The translations under genes and the position numbers were made by a program. Source: a virus. Taken from it: 64,000 nt of DNA. Positions within the stretch are counted from its first letter, which is position 1, and the number at the start of each line of letters is the position of its first letter. The DNA lies in IMG/VR virus record IMGVR_UViG_3300035681_000021, positions 2,412 to 66,411 of that record; one strand, given 5' to 3'. Below, piece by piece: positions 47,486-56,835 of the stretch. Under the pieces are notes generated by a model. It was given only the letters and a program-made list of their open reading frames with translations. It was not told where the DNA came from and made no database searches.

Positions 47486-47516
47486 AGAAAAGGGGACTAG
47501 CGTCCCCTTTTCTTTT
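47486..47516 (+). terminator. Intrinsic terminator (bidirectional form)
   Basis: AGAAAAGGGGAC-TAGC-GTCCCCTTTTCT-TTT. Confidence 0.85.
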
Positions 47517-47535
47517 GAGGTATATTCAAACCATT

Positions 47536-47603
47536 CCGGGGTTTTCCGGTGCATCTGACAGTCCCGGCTGACGACATGTAGACAGATGCGCTCACTTGCA
47601 TGT
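47536..47603 (+). ncRNA. Pseudoknotted RNA element downstream of the capsid gene (Mu-gpT-DE-like)
   Basis: CCGGGG/UCCCGG, GUGCAUCUG/CAGAUGCGC and ACAUGUA/UGCAUGU pairings; position matches that described for the Mu-gpT-DE motif. Confidence 0.55.
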
Positions 47604-47615
47604 AAGGAAAAAATC

Positions 47616-48149
47616 ATGGCACGCACTACGTTTCAAGGCCCAGTCCGTTCAATGGCTGGCTTCTATTCCCAAGGCCCAAATACAGTTGTTAATCTTGCCA
47701 ACGGTACAAACACCGTTACGCTTGATGTTGCTACATACGCAGGTAAGGTAATTCGCACCAACGATGCGACTTTGATTGTTACCCTGCCAACCATCAACGC
47801 TTCGGCGAATCCAACAACCAGCGGCCCCGGTGAAGATCCCAGCACCGCAAACAATGTTGGTACGACTTACACATTTTTTGTAGAAACCGCCGCAACTGCC
47901 GTGGCTATCAAAACTGATGGCACAGACAAATTTGTTGGCTCGCTGTTATTGGTAGCAACCGATGCTTCTGGTGCAGCCACTGGTTATGCTCCCGCAGCAG
48001 CAAACGATGTCATTAACTTGGACGGCACTACCACTGGTGGAGCAGCAGGTTCTTGGATTACCGTGACTGTTTTGGCTTCTTTGAAGTACTATGTCACAGG
48101 TGTTTTGCTTGGTTCTGGTACTGTTGCCACACCGTTTGCAAATTCCTGA
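47616..48149 (+). CDS. Virion structural protein
   Basis: MARTTFQGPVRS...ATPFA; T/G/A-rich beta protein. Confidence 0.7.
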   Translation: MARTTFQGPVRSMAGFYSQGPNTVVNLANGTNTVTLDVATYAGKVIRTNDATLIVTLPTINASANPTTSGPGEDPSTANNVGTTYTFFVETAATAVAIKTDGTDKFVGSLLLVATDASGAATGYAPAAANDVINLDGTTTGGAAGSWITVTVLASLKYYVTGVLLGSGTVATPFANS

Positions 48150-48162
48150 TTAGGAGCAATCC

Positions 48163-48450
48163 ATGACGATGCAAGCTGATGTCCAGTCAACGCGACTGAC
48201 GGCAGACGGACAGGCGGTTAATTACCGCGCCCGTGTAAAAGCTGTATATGGTCTTGCGGGGGCAAGCGCAGGGTCGGTCAAGTTCTATAACGGAACTGAC
48301 GCAACAGGAACGCTGCTGCTTGAGGTAGACACTCCCGCAGGTACAGCAAACACATTTCTTTTGCCAATCCCCGGCGAAGGAATTTTGTTTACTACAGGCG
48401 TTTACGTTGATGTAACCAACATCACTGGCGTGACGATTGTCTATGGCTAA
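48163..48450 (+). CDS. Virion structural protein
   Basis: IPGEGILF motif; RBS AGGAG. Confidence 0.7.
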   Translation: MTMQADVQSTRLTADGQAVNYRARVKAVYGLAGASAGSVKFYNGTDATGTLLLEVDTPAGTANTFLLPIPGEGILFTTGVYVDVTNITGVTIVYG

Positions 48451-48697
48451 GTCCCCAGCATGGCAACGAGCAGAGGGGAAGAATCCCAAAGGTGGTTTGA
48501 ACGCCAAAGGACGCGCCTCTTACAACAAAGCAAACCCGGGGAAGCCGGGTTTGAAAGCTCCTCAGCCAGAGGGCGGCAAACGCCGCGACTCCTTCTGCGC
48601 CCGTATGGAAGGCATGAAGAAAAAGTTGACAAGCGAAAAAACCGCCAAGGATCCAAATTCGAGGATTAACAAAAGCTTGCGGGCTTGGAAGTGTTGA
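48443..48697 (+). CDS. Small basic protein
   Basis: KSPAWQR...GGLNAKGRASYN...SFCARM...LRAWKC. Confidence 0.7.
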   Translation: MAKSPAWQRAEGKNPKGGLNAKGRASYNKANPGKPGLKAPQPEGGKRRDSFCARMEGMKKKLTSEKTAKDPNSRINKSLRAWKC

Positions 48698-48704
48698 GGT
48701 AATC

Positions 48705-49034
48705 ATGAAAAAAATTGGCAAAAAACCTACTGATGACCAAATGCTTGAAGGCAGTGGGGCTGGTGCTGGCAAAGTAAGCACCAAAACTCCTTGGCTTGGT
48801 GATGGGCGTGTGACAGGTAGCCGTTCCGCAAAAGACTACAAAGAAAAAGAGGACACAGCCTCAGAGTTTTCCGGCGAAATGGGTTTCAAATCTCCTAGAA
48901 GTAGAAACTATGACTCAGGGGACAGAACCCCGCGCATGAGCGATGACTACGCCAAAGGCGGCAAAGTTTCTTCAGCTTCTGCGCGTGCAGATGGCTGTGC
49001 TGTCAAAGGCAAAACCAAAGGACGGATGGTATGA
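48705..49034 (+). CDS. Small basic protein
   Basis: YAKGGKV...RADGCAVKGKTKGRMV. Confidence 0.65.
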   Translation: MKKIGKKPTDDQMLEGSGAGAGKVSTKTPWLGDGRVTGSRSAKDYKEKEDTASEFSGEMGFKSPRSRNYDSGDRTPRMSDDYAKGGKVSSASARADGCAVKGKTKGRMV

Positions 49035-49219
49035 ACAACGACGTAAAAACAATGACTGATGGCGCTGCTGTGGTTGTTGGACTTGGCGGGTTCATGGGCT
49101 GGATGACTCCTGTTGTAGCGCTCATTGGTGGAGTATTGACCATTGTGTGGATGATTATCCGCATCTGGGAAACTGAAACGGTTAAAAACTTGATGGCTAA
49201 GTATGCCAAGCACGAGTAA
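49031..49219 (+). CDS. Small membrane protein (holin-like)
   Basis: 62 aa with two hydrophobic stretches. Confidence 0.5.
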   Translation: MNNDVKTMTDGAAVVVGLGGFMGWMTPVVALIGGVLTIVWMIIRIWETETVKNLMAKYAKHE

Positions 49220-49568
49220 GAAACAGCACAATTTCATGGAAGCGGTGGCCAACAACCCATCGTTTGCCAAGAAGGTGGGAGTTCCACAGTCTGTGGGCAA
49301 GGATTTTTCAAACGCCGACAAAGGCAAAACTTTTAAAAGAGGTGGTGATATGGCTAAAGCAAACCCTTTCATGGAAATGATTGCCAAGAAAAAAGAGATG
49401 GCAAAAGGCAAAAAAGAAATGCCAATGAAAAAGATGGCTTCTGGTGGCATCACCAGCGCCAAAATGGGTTCAGTGAAAACTGCTGCTCCCAGCCGTGACG
49501 GTATTGCTTCCAAAGGCAAAACCAAAGGCAAGATGGTCAAAATGAAGTCCGGCGGAAAGATGTGCTGA
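49203..49568 (+). CDS. Lys/Met-rich basic protein
   Basis: MPSTSKKQHNFM...; three xxxGG motifs. Confidence 0.7.
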   Translation: MPSTSKKQHNFMEAVANNPSFAKKVGVPQSVGKDFSNADKGKTFKRGGDMAKANPFMEMIAKKKEMAKGKKEMPMKKMASGGITSAKMGSVKTAAPSRDGIASKGKTKGKMVKMKSGGKMC

Positions 49569-49569
49569 G

Positions 49570-49845
49570 ATGATGTCCAGCCGTGGAATGGGGGACATCA
49601 ACCCTTCAAAAATGCCCGGCGGGAAGAAAAAAGCCCGTCGGGACGACACTGACTTCACCCAGTACAAAGAGGGTGGGAAAGTCAACGCGGCTGGAAATTA
49701 CACAAAACCCAGTTTGCGCAAGCGGATTGTGTCTCAAGTCAAGGCGGCGGCTACCCACGGTACTGGCGCAGGTCAATGGTCAGCAAGAAAAGCCCAGTTG
49801 GTAGCCAAGAAGTACAAGGCTGCTGGCGGGGGGTACAAAGATTGA
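49570..49845 (+). CDS. Small basic protein
   Basis: AGNYTKP...GQWSARKAQ...GGGYKD. Confidence 0.7.
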   Translation: MMSSRGMGDINPSKMPGGKKKARRDDTDFTQYKEGGKVNAAGNYTKPSLRKRIVSQVKAAATHGTGAGQWSARKAQLVAKKYKAAGGGYKD

Positions 49846-50075
49846 AAGCGCCGCAGCAATCCCTTAAGAACTGGGGCGATCAAAAGTGGAGAACCAAAAG
49901 TGGCAAACGCTCTTCTGACACAGGCGAAAGATACCTTCCTGAAGCTGCAATTAAAGCTCTTAGCCCTTCTGAATACGCTGCAACAACGCGTGCAAAACGT
50001 GCTGGCAAAGCTAAAGGGAAGCAGTTCGTGAAGCAACCACCCAAGGTGGCAAAGAAAACGGCGGGATTTAGATAA
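49842..50075 (+). CDS. Small basic protein (TTG start)
   Basis: QQSLKNW...QKWRTKSGK...GERYLP. Confidence 0.7.
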   Translation: MKAPQQSLKNWGDQKWRTKSGKRSSDTGERYLPEAAIKALSPSEYAATTRAKRAGKAKGKQFVKQPPKVAKKTAGFR

Positions 50076-51010
50076 TGGCAACAACTTCTGGGTCAGCAGG
50101 CTTTAATTTAGACCTCACCGAACTGGTAGAGGAGGCGTTTGAGCGTGCTGGTTCAGAGTTGCGCACTGGTTATGACCTTAAAACGGCTCGCCGGTCGTTA
50201 AATTTGCTGTTTGCCGACTGGGCAAACCGTGGTGTCAACATGTGGACGTTCGAGCAGGGCACCATTACCTTTGAGCAAGGGTTAAACACCTACGCAGTGC
50301 CTACAGACACGGTTGATTTGCTGGATCATGTGATCCGAACCAACGCAAATGTGGCTTCTACCCAGTCTGATTTGACAATCACACGCATCAGTGTATCCAC
50401 ATATGCCACTATCCCCAACAAATTAACCCAAGCCAGACCAATTCAGGTCTGGTATCAGCGTTTGGACGGCCAAATCAGCCCAACTTCTGCGGTGTTGGCC
50501 ACCAGCATTAACGCTACAACAGACACAATCGTTCTTTCCAACGTAGTTGGGCTTCCCGCCATTGGTTACATCAACCTTGACAGCGAAACCATTTTCTACA
50601 ACTACATTGATGGCAACACCCTGAGTAATTGTTTCCGTGGACAAAACGGCACAACAGCAGCCTCGCACACTGCCAGCGCAACAGCCAAGATTTACGTCAA
50701 CAACACCCCCAGAGTGACTGTTTGGCCAACGCCAGACGGCTCCCAGACCTATCAGTTTGTGTACTGGCGCATGCGTCGCGTGCAAGATGCCGGTAACGGT
50801 GTCAATGTAATGGACGTGCCGTTTCGTTTTGTGCCGTGTATGGTGTCTGGATTGGCCTACTACGTCGCTTTAAAAGTGCCCGGTGGTATGGACAGGCTGG
50901 GCATCTTGAAACAGCAGTATGACGAGGCTTGGATGACGGCGGCTGACGAAGATCAGGAACGCGCCGCGTTGCGTCTCGTGCCTAGACAGATGTTCATTGG
51001 GGGTAGCTGA
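50075..51010 (+). CDS. Head-tail adaptor/tail tube A-like protein
   Basis: EEAFERAG...ARRSLNL...WANRG...VWPTPD...GLAYY. Confidence 0.7.
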   Translation: MATTSGSAGFNLDLTELVEEAFERAGSELRTGYDLKTARRSLNLLFADWANRGVNMWTFEQGTITFEQGLNTYAVPTDTVDLLDHVIRTNANVASTQSDLTITRISVSTYATIPNKLTQARPIQVWYQRLDGQISPTSAVLATSINATTDTIVLSNVVGLPAIGYINLDSETIFYNYIDGNTLSNCFRGQNGTTAASHTASATAKIYVNNTPRVTVWPTPDGSQTYQFVYWRMRRVQDAGNGVNVMDVPFRFVPCMVSGLAYYVALKVPGGMDRLGILKQQYDEAWMTAADEDQERAALRLVPRQMFIGGS

Positions 51011-51438
51011 TGGGGAATCGGTTTTCCTCTGGCAAGAACTCGATTGCCGAGTGCGACCGATGTGGTTTCCGGTTCAAGCTCACGGCACTCAAAAAACTCG
51101 TTGTCAAAACCAAAACATACGACTTGAAGGTGTGCCCGCAGTGTTGGGAACCCGATCAGCCGCAGCTACAGTTGGGTATGTACCCAGTGGACGACCCGCA
51201 GGGGGTGCGTGATCCAAGGCCGGACTTGAGCTACCAGTTGTCTGGTCGCACGGGTTTGCAAATTGTGTTGACCAACAGCCCAAGCATTGATGCGCAAGGT
51301 ATTGTTGGTGGCGGTAGTCGGATCTTTCAGTGGGGCTGGAACCCAGTGGGTGGGGCAGCGTTTTTTGATGCTGCTTTGACTCCAAATAATTTGGTTTTAG
51401 CGGTAGAAATTGGTACAGTTACAGTTGCAACGACATAA
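51010..51438 (+). CDS. Zn-ribbon protein of the head-tail module
   Basis: CDRCGF...VCPQCWEPDQPQ...PRPD. Confidence 0.7.
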   Translation: MGNRFSSGKNSIAECDRCGFRFKLTALKKLVVKTKTYDLKVCPQCWEPDQPQLQLGMYPVDDPQGVRDPRPDLSYQLSGRTGLQIVLTNSPSIDAQGIVGGGSRIFQWGWNPVGGAAFFDAALTPNNLVLAVEIGTVTVATT

Positions 51439-51445
51439 GGAGTCG

Positions 51446-51640
51446 ATGATGGACAAGAAAGATTTAAAACAAGACAAAAAGATGGTTGCTGGCGCAGTGC
51501 ACAAGCACGAGAAAGCCCTGCACCCCGGCAAGCCCATGACCAAGCTCAAGGCTGGCGGTAAGACCAATAGCGACATGCTCAAGTATGGTCGTAACATGGC
51601 GAAGGTCATGAATCAACGCTCTTCTGGTCGCGGAGGTTAA
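51446..51640 (+). CDS. Small basic protein
   Basis: VHKHEK...H...LKAGG; RBS AAGGAG. Confidence 0.65.
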   Translation: MMDKKDLKQDKKMVAGAVHKHEKALHPGKPMTKLKAGGKTNSDMLKYGRNMAKVMNQRSSGRGG

Positions 51641-51641
51641 G

Positions 51642-51842
51642 ATGGCTGAGTACAAACAACCTAAAAAAGCTCCAAGCGTGGTTGTTGGCGAAGAGCCAGC
51701 AAAAGAAACTATGCGAAAGGCAAACGTGTCTGTGGCAAACGTGCGCAGCCAAGACTATCCTCCCATGAAAACTTCTGGGATTGTTGTGCGCGGCGGTAAA
51801 GCGCAGACCAAAGGCAAATTGGCAAGAGGCCCGATGGCATGA
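51642..51842 (+). CDS. Small basic protein
   Basis: KTSGIVVRGG...TKG...RGPMA. Confidence 0.65.
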   Translation: MAEYKQPKKAPSVVVGEEPAKETMRKANVSVANVRSQDYPPMKTSGIVVRGGKAQTKGKLARGPMA

Positions 51843-52576
51843 ACTACAGCCAGCTTGTAACTGCAATTCAGTCATACACGGAGAATCAGTTTCCCCCTGT
51901 ATACCTTGCTGATGGATCGACTGAGAACTCAACCGCTCAGATCAATCGGTTCATTCAGCAGGCTGAGCAGCGCATTTACAACTCGGTTCAGTTCCCGTCT
52001 TTGCGTAAGAATCAGTACACACCAATCACGTCAAGCAATAAGTACGTGTCTTTGCCAAATGACTTTTTGTCTGTGTATTCTTTGGCATTGGTGACAGGTG
52101 TTGTTGGTGGAAACTTGGATACTGGCACGTTTGAGTATCTGCTGAACAAGGATGTGAACTTCATCCGTCAGGCGTATCCAAGCCCCAACGACACAGGCGA
52201 GCCAAAATATTACGCGCTGTTTGGCCCCACAATTGTCAGTTCTGCGATCACCAACGAATTGTCAATTATCCTTGGCCCAACGCCTGATGCGGCGTATTAC
52301 GTTGAGCTTCACTACTATTACTACCCAGAATCCATCACCACCGCGACCACAACATGGTTGGGTGACAACTTTGATTCTGTGCTTTTGTACGGCTCTTTGG
52401 TAGAGGCATACACCTTTATGAAAGGTGAAGTTGACATCATCACTGGGTACGATGCCAAGTACAAGGAAGCACTTGCCTTGGCCAAACGCCTTGGAGACGG
52501 TATGGAACGCAGCGACGCATACCGTAGCGGTCAGTACAGAGAAGCCCCGTTGCCTCAGAATAATGGGGTGCGTTGA
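51839..52576 (+). CDS. Head-tail adaptor-like protein
   Basis: MNYSQL...FIQQAEQRI...PKYYA...GPTPD...LLYGSLVEA. Confidence 0.7.
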   Translation: MNYSQLVTAIQSYTENQFPPVYLADGSTENSTAQINRFIQQAEQRIYNSVQFPSLRKNQYTPITSSNKYVSLPNDFLSVYSLALVTGVVGGNLDTGTFEYLLNKDVNFIRQAYPSPNDTGEPKYYALFGPTIVSSAITNELSIILGPTPDAAYYVELHYYYYPESITTATTTWLGDNFDSVLLYGSLVEAYTFMKGEVDIITGYDAKYKEALALAKRLGDGMERSDAYRSGQYREAPLPQNNGVR

Positions 52577-53001
52577 TGGCTTTTACAGGCAACTACTCTT
52601 GCAACACGTTTCGTACCGGCCTGCTAAACGGTACGTTTAACTTTACGTCTGGGACTTTTTACATTGCACTCTATACCAATGAAGCCACGCTTGATGCGTC
52701 TACCACGGCTTATACAACTACGGGCGAGGTTGTGGCTTCTGGATATACGGCTGGTGGCGAGATTCTTGTAATAAACCAGACACCCACCACAGGCAATGCA
52801 CCAAACACAACCGCATACATCTCATTTGCAAATGCCTCATGGTCAGGAGCTATCACGGCCCGTGGGGCTTTGATCTACAAGGCAGGCGACAATGGCGCTG
52901 TTTGCGTTTTGGACTTTGGCTCAAACAAGACTTCAACCACAACATTTGTAGTGCAGTTCCCCGCTGTATCAAACACATCAGCAATCATAAGGATCGTGTA
53001 A
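52573..53001 (+). CDS. Virion protein (paralog of 53202)
   Basis: TFYIALYT...TTAYTTTGEV...GYTAGG...GALIY. Confidence 0.7.
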   Translation: MMAFTGNYSCNTFRTGLLNGTFNFTSGTFYIALYTNEATLDASTTAYTTTGEVVASGYTAGGEILVINQTPTTGNAPNTTAYISFANASWSGAITARGALIYKAGDNGAVCVLDFGSNKTSTTTFVVQFPAVSNTSAIIRIV

Positions 53002-53192
53002 TGCTAGTAACCACAACCAAAGGCGAAATGGATGATTCTCTGCTTGTAAAGCGAGAGGGTACAGTCGATAATGACAACGAACTCACCACATGGGTTGAGT
53101 ACTGGTTGGACGGAGAGCTTGTCCACCGTTCCGCGCATGTAACTTTGAAAAAGCCACCCGTGTTTGCTGGTGGCGAGGCAGCTTCTTTTTAA
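53001..53192 (+). CDS. Small hypothetical protein
   Basis: MLVTTTKG...WVEYWLDGELVHRS; TAATG-coupled. Confidence 0.65.
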   Translation: MLVTTTKGEMDDSLLVKREGTVDNDNELTTWVEYWLDGELVHRSAHVTLKKPPVFAGGEAASF

Positions 53193-53201
53193 GGAAATAT
53201 C

Positions 53202-53678
53202 ATGGCAAATACCCAATCAATGTGTACCTCGTTCATGGGCGAGTTACTGACAGCAACCCACAACTTTGGCACTGCGCCAACCCGTGGCACATCCGCAGCC
53301 GACACCTTCAAAGGTGCGTTGTACTTGGCATCCGCTACCATTGATGCTGCTACGACCGTGTACTCCTCAACTGGAGAAGTGACAGGTACGGGCTATTCTG
53401 CTGGTGGCGTGACGGTGACTAATGCAAACCCACCCACTGCAACAAACGCATCTTCCACCGCTGGCGTGGCTTACTGGACACCTTCTGCCAGTTTGACATA
53501 CACATCAGTGACGTTGACTACGGCGTTTGATGCGGTGTTGATCTACAACTCTTCACAGAGCAACAAAGCGGTGAGTGTCCACACGTTTGGTTCACAGACC
53601 ATCACGGCTGGCACTTTCACTTTGACAATGCCTGCAAGCACCACAACCACAGCATTGTTGCGTTTGGCTACAACCTAA
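53202..53678 (+). CDS. Virion protein (paralog of 52573)
   Basis: TFKGALYL...TTVYSSTGEV...GYSAGG...AVLIY. Confidence 0.7.
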   Translation: MANTQSMCTSFMGELLTATHNFGTAPTRGTSAADTFKGALYLASATIDAATTVYSSTGEVTGTGYSAGGVTVTNANPPTATNASSTAGVAYWTPSASLTYTSVTLTTAFDAVLIYNSSQSNKAVSVHTFGSQTITAGTFTLTMPASTTTTALLRLATT

Positions 53679-53703
53679 GCGGAGGCGGCGTAGGCCGTAA
53701 ACC

Positions 53704-54849
53704 ATGTTTGGTATATCCGCATACGCCCAGTCGCCGTACGCCGCTCTTGGCGAGAATAATGTCGTCGTTGCCCTGACGGGCGTAGCCGCGACTGGGGATG
53801 TTGGAACAGTTGTAGCGGGTAAAGAATTTGCTCTGTCAGGTGTATTGGCGACAGGTAATGTTGGAACTGTAAGTGTTGACGCTCGACAAATTGCACTGAC
53901 AGGTGTTTCAGCCGCAGGCAGTGTTGGTACGGTAGTCCAGTCTATTTCGGTTGCCTTGACAGGCGTTCTGTGCCATCCAGATGTTGGTGATGTAAACGAG
54001 ACCAACTTTCCGTTAATAGCTGGAGTCCACGCCAACGGTGAAGTTGGCACACCTACAGCAGCGCTAACAATTGCTTTGTCGGGCGTGGCAGCTTCCGGTG
54101 CGGTTGGGTCTGTAACACAAACTCTAGAAGTTGCACTTTCAGGCGTTCAAGCTTCCGGTGCTGTCGGGACAATCGGTTACAACGAATCGGATGCAACATC
54201 CGGCGATGTGGCGACAGGTTTAGTCGGAACGCTAGGCGCGGTTACTTCTGTTGCCTTGTCTGGCGTGGCGGCTTCCGGCGCGGTGGGTTCTGTTACACAA
54301 AGCCAGTCAGTTGCATTGACTGGAGTTGCCGCATCCGGGGCTGTTGGAACAGTTGCTTTTAGTCAGACCGATGAACTGACAGGCGTTGCGGCAGTGGGCA
54401 ATGTCGGGACTGTACAACCCGCTGTTTCTGTTGCTCTGACAGGGGTTCAGGCTTCTGGTGCGGTTGGGTCTGTTTCGTTCGCCAGTACACGGTCAATAAC
54501 AGGCAATCAAGCAGTAGGGGGCGTAGGATCAGTTGCGTACGCCTTAACCAAGGCGCTAACAGGTGTTTCAGCATCAGGCGCAGTTGGAAGTGTGGAGTTT
54601 GTTCAGGTCGCCGATCTAACAGGAGACAGTGCTACTGGAGCGGTTGGCTCACTTGGGCGCAACACCACGGTGGCCTTGTCTGGGGTTCAAGCCGCAGGCG
54701 CGGTTGGGAATGTGATTGCTATCTACTGGAGATTGGTAGATGACAGCCAGACCGCAAACTGGCAAAATGTCAACAATTCTCAAACTGCTGGCTGGACGTT
54801 GGTGAACAATGCAGAAACCCCCGACTGGACGTTGGTTGAAACGGAATAA
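53704..54849 (+). CDS. Repeat-rich virion fibre protein
   Basis: About 16 repeats of ~20 aa, consensus VALTGVAASGAVGSV. Confidence 0.75.
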   Translation: MFGISAYAQSPYAALGENNVVVALTGVAATGDVGTVVAGKEFALSGVLATGNVGTVSVDARQIALTGVSAAGSVGTVVQSISVALTGVLCHPDVGDVNETNFPLIAGVHANGEVGTPTAALTIALSGVAASGAVGSVTQTLEVALSGVQASGAVGTIGYNESDATSGDVATGLVGTLGAVTSVALSGVAASGAVGSVTQSQSVALTGVAASGAVGTVAFSQTDELTGVAAVGNVGTVQPAVSVALTGVQASGAVGSVSFASTRSITGNQAVGGVGSVAYALTKALTGVSASGAVGSVEFVQVADLTGDSATGAVGSLGRNTTVALSGVQAAGAVGNVIAIYWRLVDDSQTANWQNVNNSQTAGWTLVNNAETPDWTLVETE

Positions 54850-54857
54850 GGATTCAC

Positions 54858-55235
54858 ATGGCTTTTGTACTTGCAGACCGAGTTAAAGAGACCACCACCA
54901 CGGCGGGTACGGGGACAGTGACTCTGCTCGGGGCATCAACTGGGTATCAGTCCTTTGCCGTCATTGGCGACGCAAACACCACGTATTACACCATTGCAGG
55001 ACAAACCGGAAACGAGTGGGAAGTTGGGATCGGTACATACACATCGTCTGGTACAACGCTTGCCAGAACAACTGTTTTATCTAATAGCTCTGGTACACAG
55101 CCATCGGCACTTAATTTTAGTGCTGGCACAAAAGATGTCTTTGTGTCTTACCCCGCTGAGTATTCGGTAACCAACGACACACCTACGCAAAACATTCTTG
55201 ACCAAGCGTACTTTCTTTCTTTTATGATGGGCTGA
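54858..55235 (+). CDS. Tail-associated protein
   Basis: ADRVKETTTT...WEVGIG...NFSAGTKDVF. Confidence 0.7.
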   Translation: MAFVLADRVKETTTTAGTGTVTLLGASTGYQSFAVIGDANTTYYTIAGQTGNEWEVGIGTYTSSGTTLARTTVLSNSSGTQPSALNFSAGTKDVFVSYPAEYSVTNDTPTQNILDQAYFLSFMMG

Positions 55236-55236
55236 C

Positions 55237-55563
55237 ATGGCAACATACACAAATACCTCCTACGTCGCCAAGAATGTTGGCACATCCCCATCCACGCTGA
55301 CCACAGTGGCGGGAGCCACGACTGCGGCAATTGCCAGCTTGGTGGTAGCGAACACAACAACCTCCCCGATCACCTGTGATGTTTACGTCACCCGTTCAGC
55401 CACAGACATCTACTTGGTCAAGACAGCCACTGTACCTGTGGGTGGTTCGCTGGAAGTGATTCAAGGCAACCGTGTGGTGTTGATTGCATCCGATGCACTC
55501 AAGGTTGTGTCCAGTGCAGCGACATCGGCTGACGTGTTTGTTTCAGTATTGCTGGCGGCATAA
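55237..55563 (+). CDS. Tail-associated protein
   Basis: 108-aa beta protein in the fibre cluster. Confidence 0.65.
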   Translation: MATYTNTSYVAKNVGTSPSTLTTVAGATTAAIASLVVANTTTSPITCDVYVTRSATDIYLVKTATVPVGGSLEVIQGNRVVLIASDALKVVSSAATSADVFVSVLLAA

Positions 55564-55564
55564 C

Positions 55565-56827
55565 ATGGCATTCATAGGCAACACCAACACCACGCAGGCG
55601 TTTACACCCGCTGTAGATTTCTTCAGTGGTAACGCATCGACGACAGCGTTCACGTTGTCCAGACCTGTTGCGTCTGTTGCTCAGGTACAGGCGGTTGTCA
55701 ACAACGTAGCGCAGAACCCATCGGATGCCTTCACGGTCAGTGGCAACACCATCACGTTCACCTCTGCCCCGTCCAGTGGAACGAACAACATCTATGTGTA
55801 CTACACAAGCCCGATCACGCAAGTAATTGCGCCGGGTCAAGGTACGGTGGGTACGACTTCACTGTCTTCCTCGTTGCTTGTTCCACCGGCTATGGTTAGC
55901 GATCAGAACAACTCATCTACGGGTTATTTTGATTTGCCTGTTGGAACAACTGCACAAAGACCGGGTAGTCCTGTTGTTGGAATGATGCGGTACAACACAA
56001 CCGAATCAAAGTACGAAGTGTACACATCCGCTGGATGGGCATTTTTGCGATCTACTGCATATTCCTACAACATTACATATCTTATAGTTGCTGGCGGCGG
56101 TTCAGGTGGAAACGGTTTAGGTTCATCAACTTATGCTTCTGCTGGTGGTGGTGCTGGTGGATTATTAAGTGGAACAACAACATTAGCTGGTGGAACAATT
56201 TACTCTTTTGTTGTTGGTGCAGGTGGAGTAACCCCATCGGTAGGTAGTAATTCAACAGGATTTTCATTAACTTCTATTGGCGGTGGGTGTGGTGTGCCAG
56301 TTGGTGCTACATCAAAAAATGGTGGTTCAGGTGGTGGTGGCGGTGACGGCGTTGCTACTGGCGGTGATACGACTGGCGGAACAGGCACTTCAGGTCAAGG
56401 CAACAATGGTGGAAACAGTTCAGGAAGTGCAGGTCAATCGGCTGGTGGTGGCGGTGCTGGTGCGGCTGGATCAGGAACTCAAGGCGGTGCTGGCGCGGCA
56501 AGTAGTATTACTGGTTCGTCTGTAACATACGCTGGTGGAGGTTCAGGCACAACAGGATCAACTGTAACTGGTGGTGCTGGCGGCGGTGGGAATGGTGGAA
56601 CACTTGGAAATTCAACTGCTGGAACTGCTAATACTGGTGGTGGCGGTGGCGGAACTCAAGCTGGAAATAGCACAGACCAAAAAGGAAAAAATGGCGGTTC
56701 TGGTGTTGTCATTCTTTCAGTGCCAACCGCAAACTATTCTGGAACAACCACAGGCTCACCCACAGTCACTACATCCGGTTCAAACACAATTTTGACATTC
56801 ACTGGCAGTGGCTCATACACTGCTTAA
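55565..56827 (+). CDS. Tail fibre with glycine-rich domain
   Basis: FIGNT...FSGN N-terminal module; GTTAQRP...RYNTT; YLIVAGGG...GGSGVVIL. Confidence 0.75.
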   Translation: MAFIGNTNTTQAFTPAVDFFSGNASTTAFTLSRPVASVAQVQAVVNNVAQNPSDAFTVSGNTITFTSAPSSGTNNIYVYYTSPITQVIAPGQGTVGTTSLSSSLLVPPAMVSDQNNSSTGYFDLPVGTTAQRPGSPVVGMMRYNTTESKYEVYTSAGWAFLRSTAYSYNITYLIVAGGGSGGNGLGSSTYASAGGGAGGLLSGTTTLAGGTIYSFVVGAGGVTPSVGSNSTGFSLTSIGGGCGVPVGATSKNGGSGGGGGDGVATGGDTTGGTGTSGQGNNGGNSSGSAGQSAGGGGAGAAGSGTQGGAGAASSITGSSVTYAGGGSGTTGSTVTGGAGGGGNGGTLGNSTAGTANTGGGGGGTQAGNSTDQKGKNGGSGVVILSVPTANYSGTTTGSPTVTTSGSNTILTFTGSGSYTA

Positions 56828-56835
56828 GGATAAAC

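Noticed and set aside
47568-47610. Hammerhead ribozyme (CUGACGA...GAAA)
   Set aside because: Stem II does not close directly onto GAAA and no stem III can form
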